The notes beneath the pieces are model-generated. The model saw only the letters and a list, made by a program, of their open reading frames with translations, was not told the DNA's origin and did no database searches. DNA of 64,000 nucleotides from the human T2T-CHM13v2.0 reference genome, Homo sapiens: assembly GCF_009914755.1 (NCBI RefSeq), contig NC_060948.1, one strand, 5' to 3'. The position numbers and the translations under genes were made by a program. Positions 57,701-64,000 of the stretch are shown here, piece by piece. The first letter of the stretch is position 1, and each line of letters opens with the position of its first letter.

Positions 57701-60700
57701 TCGAGTCCTTTCCAGTACATTTCATTCCAATCCCATCCAATCCAATCTACTCCATTCAATTCCTTTCCATTCCATTTGATTAGATTCCATTGATTTGATT
57801 CCATTCAGTTTGATTCCATTCCGTGAAATTTCGTTCCATTCTATTCCATTGCATTACTTTCCATTCAATTCCATTCCATTTCATTTCAGTCCATTCGCTT
57901 CCTTTCCTTTCGATTCAATTCCATTTGATTCCACTCCATTCTATGTGATTTCATTCCAATCGATTCAATTCCATTCGATGACATTCCTTTCGTTTCCATT
58001 CCATTCGAGTCCATTCAATTTGAGCATTCGTGTCCATTCTATTCGAGTCCATTCCATTACCGTCTATTCTATTCCCTTCCATTCCTGTTGATTCAATTGC
58101 ATTCCCTTCCATTCGATTCCTTTCCATTCGATTCCATTCCTTTCCATTCCATTCCATTCGTTCCCATTCCATGTGATTTCATTCCATTCCAGTCCATTAT
58201 ATTCGAGTCCACTCCACTCCATTCTATTACATTCAATTCCTTTTGAGTCCGTTCCATAACACTCCATTCATTTCGATTCCATTTCTTGCCAGTTTTCTTC
58301 CATTTTATTCCATTCCGTTCGATTCCATTCCATTCGATTGCATTCCATTCGAATCCTTTCCATTCCATTTCATTCCATTCCTTTCTATTCCATTCCATTT
58401 CATTCGATTTGATTCCATTCTGTTCTATTCCATTCAATTCTTTTTCATTCCATTCGAATCCTTTCTATTGCAGTCCATTCCATTCGAGTCCATTCCAATC
58501 CCTTCCATTCCATTCCATTACAGTCCATTCCAATAGATTCCATTCCTTTGCCTTCCATTCGAATCCATTCCATTCTAGTCCATTCCATTTGAGTCAATTC
58601 CATTCCATTCCATTCTATTCCTTTCCAATCCATTCGATTCCATTCGATTCAATTCCATTTGATTCTCTTTCATTCTATTTTATTCCATGCGTTTGATTGC
58701 ATTGCATTCCATTCCGTTTGATTCCAGTCCATTCAAGAAAGTTCCATTCCAGTCTATTGCTTTCCAGTCCATTCCATTCCACTCTAGTCTATTCCACTCC
58801 ATTCCTTTCCATTCCATTCCATACTATTCCATTCCATTTCTTTGCATTCCGTTTCCAATCTATTCGAGTCCATTGCATTCCAGTCCAATCCATTCCATTA
58901 CATTCCTTTTGATTCCCCGCCAGTCGATTGCATTGCATACTACACCATTCCAAACGAGTCCATTCCATTCTATCTCAACACTTTCCATTCCACTCTGTTC
59001 GAGTCCATTCCATTCCAGTCCATTTAATTCAAGGGCATTCCATTCCATTCCATTCCATTCCATTTCATATTATTCCATTCCATTCAATTCCATTCCAGAT
59101 GATTCCATTCCATTCTATACCATTGCTCTCTGTTCCATTCCATTCCATCTGTCTCCATTCCTTTCGTTTCGATTCCTTTCCATTCCATTCCATTACATTT
59201 GATCCTATTTTATTAAATTGCATTCTATTCGAGTGATTTCCATTCGAGTCCTTTCCATTCGATTCCATTCCATTCTATTCCATTCCTTTGGATTCCATTC
59301 CGTTCCGTTCCGTTCACATTAATTCCTTGCGATTCCATTACATTCGATTTCTTGCCATTCGATTCCATTCCTTTTGACTCCATTTCATTCGATTCCATTC
59401 CATTCCATTAATTTCCATTCCATTCGAGACCTTTCCATTGCAGTCTTTTCCCTTCGAGTCCATTCCGTTCGATTCCCTTCCATTCGATTCCATTCCATTG
59501 GAGTCCGTACCAGTCGAATCCATTCTATTCCAGTCCATTAGTTTCGACTCCATTGCATTCGAGTGCATTCCATTCCGTGGCTGTCCATTCCATTCCGTTT
59601 GATGCCATTCCATACGATTCCATTCAATTCGAGACCATTCTATTCCTGTCCATTCCTTGTGGTTCGATTCCATTTCACTCTAGTCCATTCCATTCCATTC
59701 AATTCCATTCGACTCTATTCCGTTCCATTCAATTCCATTCCATTCGATTCCATTTTTTTCGAGAACCTTCCATTACACTCCCTTCCATTCCATTGCATTC
59801 CATTCCAGTCTCTTCAGTTCGATTCCATTCCATTCGTTTCGATTCCTTTCCATTCCAGCCCATTCCATTCCATTCCATTCCTTTCCTTTCCGTTTCATTA
59901 GATTCCATTGCATTCCATTCCATTCAATTCAATTCCGTGCTATTCAATTTGATTCATTTCCATTTAATTCCATTCCATTAGATTCCATTCCGTACGATTC
60001 CATTCCTTTTGAATCCATTCCATTGGAGTCCATTCACTTCCAGAACATTCCATTCCAGTCGAATCCATTCGAGTACATTCCATTAAAGTTCATTACATTC
60101 TAATACGTTCCATTCAATTGTATTCCATTCCATTCCATTCGATGCCATTCGATTCCATTCCGTGCCAAATCATTGCATTCCTTTCCATTCCGTTCCTATC
60201 AATTCCATTCCATTCGATTTAGTTCGATTCTATTCACTTCCATTCCATTCGATTCCATTCCATTGGAGTCAATTCCTTTCGACACCCAGCCTTTCCAGTC
60301 AATGATTTTGGATTCCATTTTTTTGCATTCCATTACATTCTATGACATTCGATTCCGTTTCATTGCATTCCATTCCATACATTTTTATTCCATTCGAGAC
60401 CGTAGCATTCCACTTTATTCCAGGCCTGTCCATTACACTGCATTCCCTTACATTCCAATGAATTCCATTCCATTCCAATCCATTCCTTTCCTTTCGCTTG
60501 CATTCCATTCTATTCCCTTCTACTGCATACAATTTCACTCCATTCGTTCCCATTCCATTCAATTCCATTCCATTCAATTCCATTCCATTTGTTTCCATTC
60601 TCTTCGATTCCATTTCATTATATTCCATGCCATTCGATTCCATTCTATTGGATTGCATTACTTTCGTGTTCATTCCATTCCAGACCATTACATTTGACTC

Positions 60701-63700
60701 CATTCCTTTCCAGCCCTTTCAATTTGAGTCCATTCCTTTCCAGTCCATTTCACTCCAGTCCATTACTATCCATTCCATACCATTCCATCCCATTCCATTC
60801 CATTCCATTCCATTCCATTCCATTCCATTCCATTCCATTCCATTGCATTCCATTCCATTCCATTCCATTGCACTGCACTCCATTCCATTACATTCTACTC
60901 TATCTGAGTCGATTTTATTGCATTACATTCTATTCCATTGGATTACTTTCCATTCGATTACATTCCATTCATGTACATTCCATTCCAGTCAATTACATTC
61001 GAGTTCATTACATTACATTCCAGTATATTCCATTGTATTCGATCCCATTCTTTTCAATTCCATTTCATTCGACTCCATTATATTCGATTCCATTCCACTC
61101 GAATCCATTCCATTAGAGGACATTCCATTCCAATGCATTCCATTCCATTCCATTGCATTCGATTCCATTCCATTTGATGCCATTCCATTTGATGCCATTC
61201 TATGACATTCCATTCCATTCGAGTCCATTCCGTTCCAATTCATTCCATTCCGTTTCATGAAATTCGAGTCCTTTCCAGTACATTTCATTCCAATCCCATC
61301 CAATCCAATCTACTCCATTCCATTTGATTGGATTCCATTGATTTGATTCCATTCAGTTTGATTCCATTCCGTGAAATTTCGTTCCATTCTATTCCATTGC
61401 ATTACTTTCCATTCAATTCCATTCCATTTCATTTCAGTCCATTCGCTTCCTTTCCTTTCGATTCAATTCCATTTGATTCCACTCCATTCTATGCGATTTC
61501 ATTCCAATCGATTCAATTCCATTCGATGACATTCCTTTCGTTTCCATTCCATTCGAGTCCATTCAATTTGAGCATTCGTGTCCATTCTATTCGAGTCCAT
61601 TCCATTACCGTCTATTCTATTCCCTTCCATTCCTGTTGATTCAATTTCATTCCCTTCCATTCGATTCCTTTCCATTCCATTCCATTCCTTTCCATTCCAT
61701 TCCATTCGTTCCCATTCCATGTGATTTCATTCCATTCCAGTCCATTATATTCGAGTCCACTCCACTCCATTCTATTACATTCAATTCCTTTTGAGTCCGT
61801 TCCATAACACTCCATTCATTTCGATTCCATTTCTTGCCAGTTTTCTTCCATTTTATTCCATTCCGTTCGATTCCATTCCATTCGATTGCATTCCATTCGA
61901 ATCCTTTCCATTCCATTTCATTCCATTCCTTTCTATTCCATTCCATTTCATTCGATTTAATTCCATTCTGTTCTATTCCATTCAATTCTTTTTCATTCCA
62001 TTCGAATCCTTTCTATTGCAGTCCATTCCATTCGAGTCCATTCCAATCCCTTCCATTCCATTCCATTACAGTCCATTCCAATAGATTCCATTCCTTTGCC
62101 TTCCATTCGAATCCATTCCATTCTAGTCCATTCCATTCCATTCCATTCTATTCCTTTCCAATCCATTCGATTCCATTCGATTCAATTCCATTTGATTCTC
62201 TTTCATTCTATTTTATTCCATGCCATTTGATTGCATTGCATTCCATTCCGTTTGATTCCAGTCCATTCAAGAAAGTTCCATTCCAGTCCATTGCTTTCCA
62301 GTCCATTCCATTCCACTCTAGTCTATTCCACTCCATTCCTTTCCATTCCATTCCATACTATTCCATTCCATTCCTTTGCATTCCGTTTGCAATCTATTCG
62401 AGTCCATTGCATTCCAGTCCAATCCATTCCATTACATTCCTTTTGATTCCCTGCCAGTCGATTGCATTGCATACTAGACCATTCCAAACGAGTCCATTCC
62501 ATTCTATCTCAACACTTTCCATTCCAATCTGTTCGAGTCCATTCCATTCCAGTCCATTTAATTCAAGGGCATTCCATTCCATTCCATTCCATTCCATTTC
62601 ATATTATTCCATTCCATTCAATTCCATTCCAGATGATTCCATTCCATTCTATACCATTGCTCTCTGTTCTATTCCATTCCATCTGTCTCCATTCCTTTCG
62701 TTTCGATTCCTTTCCATTCCATTCCATTACATTTGATCCTATTTTATTAAATTGCATTCTATTCGAGTGATTTCCATTCGAGTCCTTTCCATTCGATTCC
62801 ATTCCATTCTATTCCATTCCTTTGGATTCCATTCCATTCCGTTCCGTTCACATCAATTCCTTGCGATTCCATTACATTCGATTTCTTGCCATCCGATTCC
62901 ATTCCTTTTGACTCCATTTCATTCGATTCCATTCCATTCCATTAATTTCCATTCCATTCGAGACCTTTCCATTGCAGTCTTTTCCCTTCGAGTCCATTCC
63001 GTTCGATTCCCTTCCATTCGATTCCATTCCATTGGAGTCCGTACCAGTCGAGTCCATTCTATTCCAGTCCATTAGTTTCGACTCCATTGCATTCGAGTGC
63101 ATTCCATTCCGTGGCTGTCCATTCCATTCCGTTTGATGCCATTCCATACGATTCCATTCAATTCGAGACCATTCTATTCCTCTCCATTCCTTGTGGTTCG
63201 ATTCCATTTCACTCTAGTCCATTCCATTCCATTCAATTCCATTCGACTCTATTCCGTTCCATTCAATTCCATTCCATTCGATTCCATTTTTTTCGAGAAC
63301 CTTCCATTACACTCCCTTCCATTCCAGTGCATTCCATTCCAGTCTCTTCAGTTCGATTCCATTCCATTCGTTTCGATTCCTTTCCATTCCAGCCCATTCC
63401 ATTCCATTCCATTCCTTTCCTTTCCGTTTCATTAGATTCCATTGCATTCCATTCCATTCAATTCAATTCCGTGCTATTCAATTTGATTCATTTCCATTTA
63501 ATTCCATTCCATTAGATTCCATTCCGTACGATTCCATTCCTTTGGAATCCATTCCATTGGAGTCCATTCACTTCCAGAACATTCCATTCCAGTCGAATCC
63601 ATTCGAGTACATTCCATTAAAGTTCATTACATTCTAATACATTCCATTCCATTGCATTCCATTCCATTCCATTCGATGCCATTCGATTGCATTCCATGCC

Positions 63701-64000
63701 AAATCATTGCATTCCTTACCATTCCGTTCCTATCAATTCCATTCCATTCGATTTAGTTCGATTCTATTCACTTCCATTCCATTCGATTCCATTCCATTGG
63801 AGTCAATTCCTTTCGACACCCAGCCTTTCCAGTCAATGATTTTGGATTCCATTTTGTTGCATTCCATTACATTCTATGACATTCGATTCCGTTTCATTGC
63901 ATTCCATTCCATACATTTTTATTCCATTCGAGACCGTAGCATTCCACTTTATTCCAGCCCTGTCCATTACACTACATTCCCTTCCATTCCAATGAATTCC
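21789..64000 (+). repeat. DYZ1: DYZ1 / human satellite 3 (HSat3) array, degenerate (CATTC)n organised in ~3.56-kb units, ~11.9 units
   Basis: Pentamer CATTC throughout. The landmark TTCTATTCCATTGGATTACT puts unit starts at about 21789, 25319, 28853, 32393, 35966, 39540, 43109, 46678, 50247, 53800, 57353 and 60926 (periods 3530, 3534, 3540, 3573, 3574, 3569, 3569, 3569, 3553, 3553, 3573). One HaeIII GGCC per unit (e.g. 24841) and a conserved EcoRI site (CCAATGAATTCC), as in the classic male-specific fragment. Confidence 0.96.

Noticed and set aside
21787-63515. Hundreds of HSIPF-rich (+) and MEWNG-rich (-) ORFs of up to ~310 aa
   Set aside because: (CATTC)n and (GAATG)n contain no stop codons in any frame, so long overlapping ORFs are expected. 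They frameshift freely between units.

Overview
This window contains no genes; it is entirely satellite DNA, recognisable as human Yq12 heterochromatin. Bases 1-~21790 are a DYZ2 (HSat1B) array of ~2.42-kb composite units (diverged Alu, ~570-bp HSATI segment, ~1.56-kb extremely AT-rich segment). Bases ~21789-64000 are a DYZ1 (HSat3, degenerate CATTC) array of about 12 units of ~3.53-3.57 kb. Two structural events are resolvable at base level: (i) an orientation switch (inversion breakpoint) inside the DYZ2 array at 13504-13507, which creates a large inverted repeat with ~8-kb arms around a ~1.25-kb spacer, and (ii) a multi-step DYZ2-to-DYZ1 junction (21700-21791) with a ~770-bp deletion, a short possibly reversed fragment and 3-bp microhomology. 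All supplied ORFs are judged artefacts of repeat composition. I found no new coding system; the notable signals concern satellite architecture and evolution. Coordinates were read by eye and may be off by a few bases.
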